Shown in pieces: positions 27,001 to 37,600 of a stretch of 64,000 bases of DNA (positions within the stretch are counted from its first letter, which is position 1; each line of letters opens with the position of its first letter). The translations under genes and the position numbers were made by a program. This DNA comes from a virus. A model generated the notes under the pieces. It had not been told where the DNA came from. It was given only the letters and a program-made list of their open reading frames with translations, and ran no database searches. Location: the UHGV virus genome UHGV-1351279, one strand, 5' to 3'.

Positions 27001-29366
27001 GTGATTTATTTGGTGATAAGAAATATCCTTATGTAGTATTAGTTAAAAATCATAAAAACTATTATCAGGACTTTTTATTAAGAGCTTACCATGATATAAC
27101 AGATTATGAAAATAATTCAAATATAACTTTTAAAGGGGATACTTTTATATCTGCTATAAGACAGACACATTTATTACATGGTAATATAGCACCAAAAGTA
27201 GCTGTTATATTAAGAGATACTTGGGATTATGTAAAAGCTGCTGTAGTTGCTATAGTAGGTGTTGCTATAGCTGTATTTTCAGTAGGTACATTAGCTATTG
27301 TAGGAGGTGCTTTAATTGCTGCTGGAGGTGTATTCTTAGGTGTAAAATCCGAAATAAAGTATCAGCATTTAAAAAATGCACTTAATGAGTTTTGGATGAA
27401 AGGTCTAAAGAGAGTTTTATATGATGTATTATTTTATACTAATAATTGTAATGATGATATAAGAAGTGGGAATGAAATAGGACCTATGGATGATATTATA
27501 AGGCATTATGGTCAGATATTTGGTGATTTAATTTGTGAATCTGAGGTAAACATGTCATTAAGAGTACAAAATGATAATGATAAAAATAACTTCCTAAGAC
27601 CTTTTTCACCTTTTATGTATGATAGAAGGGAAGTCATAACACCAACAACAAGTAAAGATAGTGATGATAATAATCACCCTGGAGAGTTTAGACACCCATG
27701 GACTATAACTGTATATACAGAAATGGTTAATAGAGGAGGAGGTTGGAGAATAAATGCTGATGGAGGAGGTGTAGAAATAAAACAAAAGGAAGAGTGGTAT
27801 TTTATAAATAAACTTACAGAAGTAGATAAAAACAGAATAAAGCCAAAGCCTGATAATAACCCTAATGCTATGTCAGGTTATAAATACAAAGATGCTTTAA
27901 GTACTAATGAATTTGTATTAAATAAGGATTATCATACAAATTACTATGTATTGAAGTACTATGCTTTACCACAGGAATATTCCTTCTGTAGTAAATGTAA
28001 TGAAGAATTTACTAACAGATTTGCTTGGAGTGATGTAAGTATGGAGGAGAGCCTTGAGGATAATTATAAAATATTCAAGCCTAATAACTATAAAGATATA
28101 TCAAGTGAGTATGGTATAATAGTAAATATATTTGTATTAGCTAATCAGCTTTATATACATGTAGAAAATGGTCTTTGGATTCAACCTACTAACTATCAAG
28201 AAAGGGTTACTAATGGAGTAGTATCTTATATAGGTACAGGAGAGTTTGGTTCTTTACCTGCACAGCTTAGATTAGATTCTAAGACAGGTACATCAGCAGG
28301 ACTTACTCAAAGAGACTCTTTTGTGCTTACTAAGTATGGATATTTCTTTGTTTGTGAGAGAGAGGGTAAAATATATACTCTTGAACCTAATGGTCAATTA
28401 AAAGCTATCTCTGATATTGGTATGTCTAAATGGTTTACAGAGTATGTAAAATCTGATATAATAAGAAGGTTTTATCTTGATGACCATGTAGAAATAACAG
28501 ATGAATATGAACTAAATAACTGCCCTTATTTACCAGCTGGTGTAGGATATAACATGATATTTGATGAGGTGAACAGTAGGATATTAGTTACTAAAAGGCA
28601 ATTCTATGAAAGAGAAGGTAAGATAGAATCTCATGATTGGACTGTAAGTTTTTCTTTAAAATTCAATGCTTGGGTGTCTTTCCATAGTTATTTCCCTGAT
28701 AAGTATTTCTTTATCTTAGATACCTTATATAGTATAAAGAATGGAAAAATATACAGACATCAAAGTATAGAAGAGGGTTATAATAAATTCTATGATAGAG
28801 TACAACCTTTTATAGTTGAGTTTGTATCTAATAATTCACATACAACTACAAAGGTATATAACCATATAAGATATATCTCTAATGCTTATAGGTATGATAC
28901 TACAACTAAGTCTTTTGTTGAGAGAAGATACCTTACATTCAATAAAGCATTAATAAGTAATTCAAGACAATGCTCTGGACTTATGAATCTAAAAGTAAAA
29001 GATATTACTGACCCTACCTTAGATTATATGCAGGAACAAGTAATAAATACAAATAATGGTACTATACTTTTAGATAGGAATGAAAGAGATTGGTTATTGA
29101 ATGACCTAAGAGACTATGTAGTGAATTATGCTAAACCTTTATTTATAAAGAGATATTATAAATCAGGATTAGAAGAACCAACCTTTGATGTACAGGATTT
29201 AAATGAAAGTGTTATAGATATAAATAAAGATTGGTATAACCTTGAAAGTTTCAGAGATAAATTTTTGGTAATAAGATTAATTTTTGATACTTTTGCAGAT
29301 GAAAATAAATATACCAAATTGGTATTAAATATTTCAAATGAGCAAAGTAATATAAGTCAGTATTAA
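24066..29366 (+). CDS. giant virion protein (1766 aa). It has a central pair of TM helices (AAVVAIVGVAIAVFSVGTLAIVGGALIAAGGVFLGV) and an acidic-then-basic charge cluster (EEYEEEEEYEEDD...KKRRKVKKTRQVEKTRKVNK).
   Basis: Uninterrupted 5.3-kb ORF. Features read by eye. Confidence 0.55.
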   Translation: MDLINNSIEQPSKGLYTDVAPVNQPPGTYRFALNAVNESDEGDFGTLTNEVSNYNTSNLPEGFTCIGSVNITDNTIVLFLVNKETKVSEIGLFNKDREVYETWCNDSGTTEAKNKLNFQINKPIQATFRIRRGCERVIYFVDGYNVPRSVNLDEQSFYYDNGVLLASKMDINRKIYSVPKIKNIKIKDTDGSLKSGSVKICVKYVDKNKNETEVVSETEPIIIYEDSLKNTFEEIDGNLNLPDSKAYSSNGSTKSISFKIEGLDKNFEYYKLVFIHFENNTGFASAVYETQNISTEIDTYTYGGNGVFKSTLEELELKNKNQYIGSAKTITQKDNRLILGNIKGMTENWSVLQKYASKIGVDCVTKKVELNTLSDTNNPKNPLINIHGMEFMPGEVYSLGIVWIYEGNIESPAFHIPGTTRENTICQELTEEEKKIYTILPMSDDNESENLRYTQASKCDNDFDYWGVDFFGRKLKDKKVRFHRLPKRIDCLYTKAQENSSTSFPLLDTLTFNIYSAGKDSKYCEANPSDVHCTTDKRAKEYYYKVTLNDGTVKELTHSDDDGVKNFSIERTLRTESDKLSVILDGIPSSDAEKYTNSIFVTKVEKKYLRASYTINNGIYSVTYNIDNLETEDVIIEVDEKYYENEEYEEEEEYEEDDGSGNKVKKRRKVKKTRQVEKTRKVNKNFGKRIKHNTYPNTTIITTSISHTQTRVDFSEYYVYDLYTLNAGYRNITSVYRGDFWYYDDNISFGITTTMEKSSVETKRLVTSTIYGLKFSNIEMPDLGNLKCIGYKIVKQERKEEDKTVIDKGYLLPLLKAEGYHCLSIINGNFKTEQAQKPDGFSEKFVALFTPRYKFQNDTLERFSSIINEGGVIPEANAESGFYIQNVNDYRTKDEKKESNYTSQTDGSDLKVVIRSTELKCSNSVSNSEIRKEDLDFYNLQSCEYNVTENGETLMNLDMLNSQLILYNKKGNFDTSMFGDLFGDKKYPYVVLVKNHKNYYQDFLLRAYHDITDYENNSNITFKGDTFISAIRQTHLLHGNIAPKVAVILRDTWDYVKAAVVAIVGVAIAVFSVGTLAIVGGALIAAGGVFLGVKSEIKYQHLKNALNEFWMKGLKRVLYDVLFYTNNCNDDIRSGNEIGPMDDIIRHYGQIFGDLICESEVNMSLRVQNDNDKNNFLRPFSPFMYDRREVITPTTSKDSDDNNHPGEFRHPWTITVYTEMVNRGGGWRINADGGGVEIKQKEEWYFINKLTEVDKNRIKPKPDNNPNAMSGYKYKDALSTNEFVLNKDYHTNYYVLKYYALPQEYSFCSKCNEEFTNRFAWSDVSMEESLEDNYKIFKPNNYKDISSEYGIIVNIFVLANQLYIHVENGLWIQPTNYQERVTNGVVSYIGTGEFGSLPAQLRLDSKTGTSAGLTQRDSFVLTKYGYFFVCEREGKIYTLEPNGQLKAISDIGMSKWFTEYVKSDIIRRFYLDDHVEITDEYELNNCPYLPAGVGYNMIFDEVNSRILVTKRQFYEREGKIESHDWTVSFSLKFNAWVSFHSYFPDKYFFILDTLYSIKNGKIYRHQSIEEGYNKFYDRVQPFIVEFVSNNSHTTTKVYNHIRYISNAYRYDTTTKSFVERRYLTFNKALISNSRQCSGLMNLKVKDITDPTLDYMQEQVINTNNGTILLDRNERDWLLNDLRDYVVNYAKPLFIKRYYKSGLEEPTFDVQDLNESVIDINKDWYNLESFRDKFLVIRLIFDTFADENKYTKLVLNISNEQSNISQY

Positions 29367-29368
29367 TT

Positions 29369-32254
29369 ATGAAAAGAAAACAAAAAAGGGCTTATGGAGG
29401 TAAAGCTTTAAGAATGATTACTCCTGCTGAAGCCATAGCAAATAATAATATAAATATAGCTAAAGCACAATATGAAGCAGAGAAAGCTGCTGCTCCTTAT
29501 GGTGCTATTAGTGATACTCTTATTGGAATAGGTTCTCAACTTGTTGGAATGAATATGCAGCAGCAACAAAATAAACAAGCTCAAGAGATAACAGGAAATA
29601 ATGTAAATCTAAATTATGAGCAACCTGAACCTAACTTTAATACAGATATACCTGCTACAGCTTTTTCTCCTAATGCATCTAAATATCAATTACCTGAATT
29701 AAGTGTAAATGATTTTGGTATGGGTAATATTGGTATGACTAATAGGAAAAATAAAGCTTTTGAATATGTGCCTAATAATCTTTCTTTTGCTACAGGAGGT
29801 GAAATAGGTAGTATATTAGGGTTTGGTTTAGATACATTAGGTCAATCATCTAATAATAAGTTTCTAAAAGGAGCAAGTAAATTTAGTAGCTTGCTACCTA
29901 TGGTAGGAGGTATTTTTGATGCATTTAGTGAATCATCAGGAGAACTTAACCCTTATGATACTCAAATGAGAAATAAGGCTAATAATGATGCTTCCTTTGC
30001 TTATAGATTTGGTACAGGAGGAAATGTCCCTATTGAAGCAGAAGGTCAAGAAGTTGTTGAAGAACCTAATGGTGAAATGTATGAATTGCAAGGTCCTTCT
30101 CATGAGCAAGGAGGTATAGATATGAATGTACCTGAAGGAAGTCAAATATACTCTAAAAGGTTACAAGGAGTTGATGGTAAAACTATGGCAGAGAGAAAAG
30201 CCTTTAGAGAGAAAAGATTAGCTAAATTAGAAGCCCTTGTAAAGAGAAATCCTAATGATAAAATATTAAGGAGGACTTTTGAAAAGACACAGAAAGACTT
30301 TGCAAAGCAAGAACAAGAAGACATGGCATATATGAATTATATGCACCAATCTCAGCAAATGCAACAAGGTCAAGAAGAAATGTTAGACCCTATGCAAGGT
30401 GCTTTAGAGCAAGAAGATATGTTTGCTATGGGAGGTCCAGCTAAGAAAGTAAGACCTATAAAGTATAAAAGTAAATTATATAATCCAAGAGGAGAATACA
30501 GAGTAACTGATGATATAGAGAACCCTGGATTTGCTATAAATCCTCCAAAAATGCCAAAACTTGTAAATGGTATGCCAGAGAGTTTTAGTCCTGAGCAACC
30601 TATAAATACTGATTATGAAGCTTATTATGATGAAAATGGAGACGTTAGATATAGATACTTAAAAAATACAGTACCTTCTATAGCAACACCAGGTATAGTA
30701 GAAAGTAAAGAACAAAAAACATCTTCTACTAATACTAATAAATCTAGTCAAAGTAATAATAATGATGAGGAATCTTTTTGGAATAAAGCCTATGATTCTT
30801 TACCTACTTTAGGGGATGCTATAAATCTTTATGGTAAATATAAAACTGCCTATGACCCTGCTGACATGACATTAGCTAATAGGGCAGGAGATACACCAAA
30901 TATTAATCCTTATGAGAATTATGGTGTTAGAGGTCTAAACAAGATGGAAGATGTAAAAAACAACCTAAAGAATAATTTAGACCAAGCTGTACTCAATAAC
31001 CAAAAGAATACTAATCTCTATAAGGCTAATGCTGCAAGTAATGCTCGTAGTATAAATACTATGAGAGCTATGAATTTAGCTTCTGAAGCTCAACAATTAG
31101 CTGCTGATAATGCTGCTTATATGCAATATGCTCAACAAGTAGCTGGAATAGATTCTCAAATAGCTCAAATGATGAATCAGCAAGACCAAATGCAAATGAT
31201 GGGTAATAGCCAAAGAGACCTTGCAGATAGACAAGATAGAGATAACTTTAATAAACAGTTACAGCAAGATATTGCAACTCGTAATAGAGGTATTCAAGAG
31301 ATTGGTAAGACACTTAATGATTGGAAAGAAAGAGACTTTAATTTTAATGTAGTAAATCAGACCTCTAAAGACTTTAAGTTGAATAAGAATGGTACTATTA
31401 GTGCTAAAGGTAATGAAAGTACATGGACACCTGAGAAGAGATATTGGAATGGTAAGCAACAATCTGAATATGATAATTACTTGAAGAACTATAAGACTAA
31501 GGGTTACTTTATTGAAGGTGATACTATGTATGATAAAGATGGTAAAGAAGTAGACCCTAATAATCATTATGCAGTAGTTCCTGGAGGTAAAGAATTTGAC
31601 TTATCAGGTAAGAAGAGAGAAGAGAAAGAACTTGAAAAGAAAAAGATAGAAGTTTATAATAGAATTTCAGGTACGGACTTTAATGATTACTTTGATAGTG
31701 TAGATGATATGCTAAAGAGTAAGAGAGCTTATGATGATAATGAATGGTCTGAAGAAGGTAAGAAGTATGCTAAGTATCAACAAGATTTCTTGAATAATGA
31801 AGAGAGATACAGAAACTTCAGAAACTTTACAGGTAAGAATGGTGAGACATTCAAGAGTGCTAAGAGCATGAGAGACTATGAGTACTTAAATGGTAAAGCT
31901 ACAGAAGTAGAAGAAAAGAAGAAAGATATTAGTAAACTAATATCAGGTGCTGGAGGTAAAGAAACAAGAATAGGTGACTTATATGAATTTAAAGTTACAT
32001 TACCTCCTACTAAAAAAGGTGGTAAACCAGTACAAGATACTGTAGAAGTGAATAAACAACTTGTTGAAAAATATCAAGAAGATTTTGATGCTTTAAACCC
32101 TGATAGTGATAAGAGTATCTTTGATGTAAGTGATAATAAAGTTATAGAGTTCTGGAATAAATTTATAACAGGAATTTATAAGGATAAAGATAAAGAAGCT
32201 CTCAACAAAGTTAAAATATTTTTTGGAACAACTGGAACAAGTAGAAGAAAGTAA
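29369..32254 (+). CDS. large Q/N-rich virion protein (961 aa) with GG-containing motifs (FATGGEI, FGTGGNV, MGGPAKK)
   Basis: ORF track. Low-complexity composition. Confidence 0.5.
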   Translation: MKRKQKRAYGGKALRMITPAEAIANNNINIAKAQYEAEKAAAPYGAISDTLIGIGSQLVGMNMQQQQNKQAQEITGNNVNLNYEQPEPNFNTDIPATAFSPNASKYQLPELSVNDFGMGNIGMTNRKNKAFEYVPNNLSFATGGEIGSILGFGLDTLGQSSNNKFLKGASKFSSLLPMVGGIFDAFSESSGELNPYDTQMRNKANNDASFAYRFGTGGNVPIEAEGQEVVEEPNGEMYELQGPSHEQGGIDMNVPEGSQIYSKRLQGVDGKTMAERKAFREKRLAKLEALVKRNPNDKILRRTFEKTQKDFAKQEQEDMAYMNYMHQSQQMQQGQEEMLDPMQGALEQEDMFAMGGPAKKVRPIKYKSKLYNPRGEYRVTDDIENPGFAINPPKMPKLVNGMPESFSPEQPINTDYEAYYDENGDVRYRYLKNTVPSIATPGIVESKEQKTSSTNTNKSSQSNNNDEESFWNKAYDSLPTLGDAINLYGKYKTAYDPADMTLANRAGDTPNINPYENYGVRGLNKMEDVKNNLKNNLDQAVLNNQKNTNLYKANAASNARSINTMRAMNLASEAQQLAADNAAYMQYAQQVAGIDSQIAQMMNQQDQMQMMGNSQRDLADRQDRDNFNKQLQQDIATRNRGIQEIGKTLNDWKERDFNFNVVNQTSKDFKLNKNGTISAKGNESTWTPEKRYWNGKQQSEYDNYLKNYKTKGYFIEGDTMYDKDGKEVDPNNHYAVVPGGKEFDLSGKKREEKELEKKKIEVYNRISGTDFNDYFDSVDDMLKSKRAYDDNEWSEEGKKYAKYQQDFLNNEERYRNFRNFTGKNGETFKSAKSMRDYEYLNGKATEVEEKKKDISKLISGAGGKETRIGDLYEFKVTLPPTKKGGKPVQDTVEVNKQLVEKYQEDFDALNPDSDKSIFDVSDNKVIEFWNKFITGIYKDKDKEALNKVKIFFGTTGTSRRK

Positions 32255-32256
32255 TT

Positions 32257-34668
32257 ATGGGAAGATTTTATCAAACAGCTCAAAGCCAATTTGTAGATGG
32301 GGTTTTTAAACCTGACCTACAATTGGCTATGAAAGCTCTTTTAAATGAGCAACAACAATATGACAATCAGAAAGCTGTTCTTGAAGAGTTTATGAATTTA
32401 AAATTTAACCATTTAAACTCTGAAGAAGAAAATGAAAATGCTCGTATAGCTAAGGAATATTATATGCAGAATGCAGATGATATTGCTAAAGCTATGATGG
32501 CTGATAAACAAAATTACCATAAATATATGGACAGAATAAAAGGTCTCAGAAGAGACCTTATTTCTGATTTTGAAGATGGTCCTATAGGTAAGATGGTAAA
32601 TAACTATAATCAAGAACAAGCTTGGAAGAAAGAGAATGCAGGAATACTTAAAGAAAACCCAGCTTTATATAATGCTTTATTCTCAGAAGCAAGAAAAAAT
32701 TGGGGGGGTAATTCTGTAACAGGAGGTGTATGGCAGCAAGAAAATGGTCTTAAAGCTTTTGACCAACAAGCTATAGAGAATAATATTCAGAAAATGGAAG
32801 CTGATATTAAAAAGAACTCTAGACAAACTTCTAATGGTACTTGGATTTATGATGATGGGTATGAAGTAAAAGAACTTACAGAACAAGATATTAGAAACTA
32901 TGCTGTAAATAAAGTTCTCTCTGACCCCTCTGCTATGGCTTATTTTAAACAATCAGACAGGTTAGGTCTTAGTAATTATCTCAATCCTGATGGTTCATTA
33001 AATGAGAATGGAACACTTTCTAATTGGTTAGATGCAATTAGGTCTTATGCTTATAGAAAAGAAGATACTTGGCATAAGATGAAAGCTGACCCTTATGGAT
33101 TAAAGAGTTATGGCTATGAGCTTCAATGGCAGAACAAGAAAAAAGAGATGGATTATAAGAATCAGCTTGAAACACCTATTATAGCTGTTAAAAAATCCTC
33201 TGATGCTTTACATGGTACACCAGAACAGTATCAAGATAAGGTTAAAGGTACAATGACTAAAATAGCAGAGTATAATAAAATACTTGCTCAATATGGTGGT
33301 GATGAAAAGAAAATACCAAAAGAACTTTTAAGAAACTTAAAGCCAACAGAAGAAGATAGAGAAATAGAAAGAGTTTGGAATAAACAAGTTAATAAAAACA
33401 TCTATGATGCAGTTGAGTCTGGAGCTATTTCTAAAAACTTCTTTGAGAAATACGGAGTAAATGTTGATAGAATTAAAGACCTCATGAACAAGGATAATAT
33501 TTCAGATAAAGAAATAAAAGAGCTTGAAAATAGCTTGAGTCACATGAGAAAAGTTTTCGAGACAAGCTATAAAGATGAACTAAAAGAAAACAAGTATAAA
33601 AATCAACAAAGTGTATTTTTTGTAGATGGTAAATATAGAAAAGTATTCCAAGACCAAGTCTTAGAAAAAGATTATACAGGTATAGGTGGTGGATTTGTAT
33701 ATAAACCAGTAAAATATTATATAGATGAATCTGGTAAAAGAATTGATATAGATGATTCAAAATTGTATAGACCTGAAGATTTATCTAATAAAATTTATTC
33801 ATCTGCAAAGGAACAGATGGCTCAAAACTATAAAAACCAAAATAGAGCTATTACAACTTTTACAGTACCTATAGATTGGAAAGATAAAAAACTATCTGAA
33901 CTTAAAAATGTTTTAGGTAGTAATACTAATGCTCTACAAGATTTTGTAGAAGGTAAAGTAAGACAACAAAATGGTAGAGATATTCTAAGTAGTGGAAAAC
34001 AAGGTGAAATAGAAAGGTTTTGGTTTTGGGACACTAATTTTAATTCTTTTGTTGAAGCTGCTAAAGCTGTAATGAAAAATGGAGATGCTAAAGATATATT
34101 TGACCCTAACTTCTTTTCTTGGGAATATGTACCTGGTACAAATGGACAAGAATATCAAGTTACTATAGCAAGTAATGAAAGTGTAAAAGGCAATGTAGAT
34201 AATGGTAGAACTTCTTTTAGAATCAGAGCTAAAGGTATATCTTCAAATATAGACCAAGAATACTCAAAACAATACTATAGAACTGATTTACCTGAAGAGG
34301 ATAAGCAAGCTTTACTGAAACAAAACCCTTTTAGACAAAACTTCTTAGCTAAAAGTATTGAAAATTTTGGAGAAACATCTGATATAGGATATGGTAAATC
34401 TACTGTGGATTATTCAAATGTATTGCCAGGTTTTAAAGCTGATATAATTAAACAAAGAAGTAAAGATGAAGGTGGTGTATATCATGATTATTATGTGATA
34501 AAACCTAATTTTTCTAATGAAAACCTAAACAATCAAGCAAGACAAGTTTTTGGTGATGGCTATGCTGTAACTAATCAACAAGAAGCAGAAGAAATATTTG
34601 GTCTTTTTTATGATGGTATAGTAAATAGAGACCAATCAAGTTTAAATGTTTTAATGAATAAAAAATAA
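32257..34668 (+). CDS. large hypothetical virion protein (803 aa)
   Basis: ORF track. Confidence 0.5.
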   Translation: MGRFYQTAQSQFVDGVFKPDLQLAMKALLNEQQQYDNQKAVLEEFMNLKFNHLNSEEENENARIAKEYYMQNADDIAKAMMADKQNYHKYMDRIKGLRRDLISDFEDGPIGKMVNNYNQEQAWKKENAGILKENPALYNALFSEARKNWGGNSVTGGVWQQENGLKAFDQQAIENNIQKMEADIKKNSRQTSNGTWIYDDGYEVKELTEQDIRNYAVNKVLSDPSAMAYFKQSDRLGLSNYLNPDGSLNENGTLSNWLDAIRSYAYRKEDTWHKMKADPYGLKSYGYELQWQNKKKEMDYKNQLETPIIAVKKSSDALHGTPEQYQDKVKGTMTKIAEYNKILAQYGGDEKKIPKELLRNLKPTEEDREIERVWNKQVNKNIYDAVESGAISKNFFEKYGVNVDRIKDLMNKDNISDKEIKELENSLSHMRKVFETSYKDELKENKYKNQQSVFFVDGKYRKVFQDQVLEKDYTGIGGGFVYKPVKYYIDESGKRIDIDDSKLYRPEDLSNKIYSSAKEQMAQNYKNQNRAITTFTVPIDWKDKKLSELKNVLGSNTNALQDFVEGKVRQQNGRDILSSGKQGEIERFWFWDTNFNSFVEAAKAVMKNGDAKDIFDPNFFSWEYVPGTNGQEYQVTIASNESVKGNVDNGRTSFRIRAKGISSNIDQEYSKQYYRTDLPEEDKQALLKQNPFRQNFLAKSIENFGETSDIGYGKSTVDYSNVLPGFKADIIKQRSKDEGGVYHDYYVIKPNFSNENLNNQARQVFGDGYAVTNQQEAEEIFGLFYDGIVNRDQSSLNVLMNKK

Positions 34669-34669
34669 T

Positions 34670-37600
34670 ATGGAAAAACCAAGTAACAATGATAAAAAAG
34701 TAGCTTTAAATTCTTTATTTAATGCTATTGATAGAACTGTACAAGAAGATAGTAGAAAAAGAGTTGGTGGTCATAAAACAGTTAGAGACCTTGAAAAAAC
34801 TTTAGGTATAAAAGCTAACTCTATATCTACTTATAATGACCAAATGTCAGAAGTAAAAAGACTTGTTGGTGCTGATGCTTTTGTAGATACAGGAATAGAC
34901 TATACACAAAATCTTGCAGCTAACCAATCAGACTCTGAAGCTTTTACAAGAGGTGCTGCAATGCTTGGTAAAGGATTTGTTTCTGGAGCTTTACAAAGCT
35001 TTGCTTCATGGGATTTTGGTTCTATAAGAGATATGGCTACAGGAGATACCTCAAAGGAATTTGGAAATGCTCTTACTGAATCTTCATTAGCTAAATGGGC
35101 TAAAGACATGACAGGTTTAGAAATATACCAAAATGGAGATGATTTTGGTTCTTCTAAATATTGGGCAAGATTTATAGGACAACAAGGATTTACTCTTGGT
35201 ATTATGGCTGAAATGGCTTTAGAACAAGGTTTATTAGCCTATGTTACAGGAGGTGCTGGTAATGTTGCTGGAGCTGCTTCTAAGTCAAGATTGATATATA
35301 ATTTACTTACAGGAGTTAATGGTCTTTATGGAGGTGTTAGGGAAGCTTGGATGAATGGTTTAGAAACACAAGAGAATACATATAATAAGTATATACAATT
35401 AGGATTTGACCAAGAAACAGCTAAAAAAAGAGCTTCTGAAGCTGCTGCCATAGGTTTTAGAATGGAAGTAGGTCCTATAATGCTTCTTAATGGTATACAA
35501 TCAATGGCTACTTTTGGTAGATTTGCTTCTAAAGGTTTAAATAAGGCTTTAGAAGAAAGTATGGATTTTGGTGTGTCTAGTGCTGTAGGTAAGTTAGGAA
35601 GTATATTTGAAAAATCAAGTAATAAATTTGTAAGAAATGCGGGAATGCTTTTTACAGATTCAGTTTCAGAAGGTGTAGAAGAAGGTTATCAAACTTGGGC
35701 TGGTAATTATGCTCAAGATGAATTACAAAAAAGGCATCTTGGTTTTGGTACAGATGAACCTTTTTGGAATGAAGAAATGAGAGACTCTATTCTAATGGGT
35801 GCTTTATCTGGAGGTATGATGGCTGGGTTTGGTAAAGCTGTACAAAAATTTGGTGATTGGTATAGTGGAAGAAGTAAAGCTATTAATGAAGCTACAGAAG
35901 CTTTCATGAAAGATGTTACAAGTAATTCTGTAACAGCTATAAAAGAACTTAATGATGCTTCTTTAGCTTATCAAAAAGCCTTTGAAACTTATAATAAAGA
36001 TAAAACTAAAGATAACAGAAAAGCTATGAATGAAGCTAAGAAAAACCTTATCATAGCTCAAGAAAAACAAGGTACAGCTCAAGTGTTAGAAGCTATGGAG
36101 TTGGACCATTTAAAAGGTAATGAGAATAATGAAGTATTTAATGCTCATATAGAACAGATAGATAATGCTATAAAAGCTCTACAATCCAATGACACTGATA
36201 AATTAAAAGGTCTTGGATTTATAGATGAAAATGGTCAATCTGTAACAGGTCTTACTAATGCTGAAATGATAAAAATGCTACAATCTGATAAGGATAAAGC
36301 ATTAAAAACTAAGAAAAGATTTGAAGACCATTACCAACATACTACTACAGACTTAGGTACTATTAAAAAATTAGTAACTATTGAAACTAAGATAGATACC
36401 TTTGAAGAAATGAAAAAAGAAGTTGAAGGTAAGATTGGTAACTACAGAAATGGTAATCAAGTTTACTCTCAACTCTCTGAAGATGGTAAAGAACTTTATG
36501 GCCTTTATTTGAGAAAGAATGCTCTTGAAGGTCTTAAAGAAAGGGGAGGTATATCTAAAAATCAAGAAGTAGAACTTGATACTATTAATCATAAATTACA
36601 ATCTATAGCAGATGCCAATGGTAAGAAAAATGTAAATGATTTATACTCTGTTCAAGATGCAAATATTTTGAGGAGAGACATGATAGGTATACAAGCTCAA
36701 CAAGAGAATTATATAGAACATTATGCTTATGAGACTGAAATAGATAAGTTATATGAAAGTCTTGAGCATAATAGCAAGCAAGATGTCATAAAACAAAATA
36801 TAAAAGAAAGAAGAAAAGCTCAAAGAGAAGCTGCTAAAGCTGTAAGAGATTTTAATAAACTTGAGAGAGAGCAAGAAAAAGAAAGAAAAAGATTAGAGAA
36901 AGAAAAAGCTAAAGCTAAGAATAAAGAAGAGAAAGAGAAAGCTCAGAAAGAAATAGATGAGTTAGCTAAGGAACAAAAAGAAACTCAAGAGAAAAAAGAT
37001 AAAGCTCAAAAAATAGAGTCTATAGAGAATGAGACAGGTAATAAAGCTTCTGATACGGAGAAAGAAGAACTTATAAATAATGGAAACTTTATATATGCAG
37101 AGGAAGATACTGCATATAAATTTGATTTTGAAGAAGGGATTGTACCAGAAGAACCTACTAAAGAACCTACTGAAACTACAGACAATGCAGTAGAAGAAGC
37201 TATGAGTTTAAAAGAACTTATAGCTAAAGGGTTAATAAAATTAGGAGTACCTACACCAGCTGATGTATCCCCTTTTGATGATGATGGTGTAGATATTGAT
37301 GCTAATAATGAAGACTTTGCTTTTACTCCTATAGATGATTCTGAACCTGTAATATATACAGAACCTTTTGAAATTATAGATTTTGATGCTAATGCTAATC
37401 TTGAAGGGGATTTTGAAAGTAGGAGAGAAACTGCTATAAAATTTGTTCAAGAGATATTAAAAGAATTAGGATTAGATGAACCAGATTTTGAAGACTATAT
37501 AAAATACTTTATAGATAGAAAAGGTAAAAAAATTACTGATGATGTGTTTCCTGGTCTTGTAAAAATGTGGGAATTAGCAGGCTATAGTCTTGATAATGTA

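Noticed and set aside
29369-32254. 961-aa Q/N- and G-rich protein as a tape-measure protein
   Set aside because: No heptad-rich alpha-helical repeat pattern or lytic domain could be recognised. Composition alone is insufficient, so it is left as a large virion protein of unknown role.
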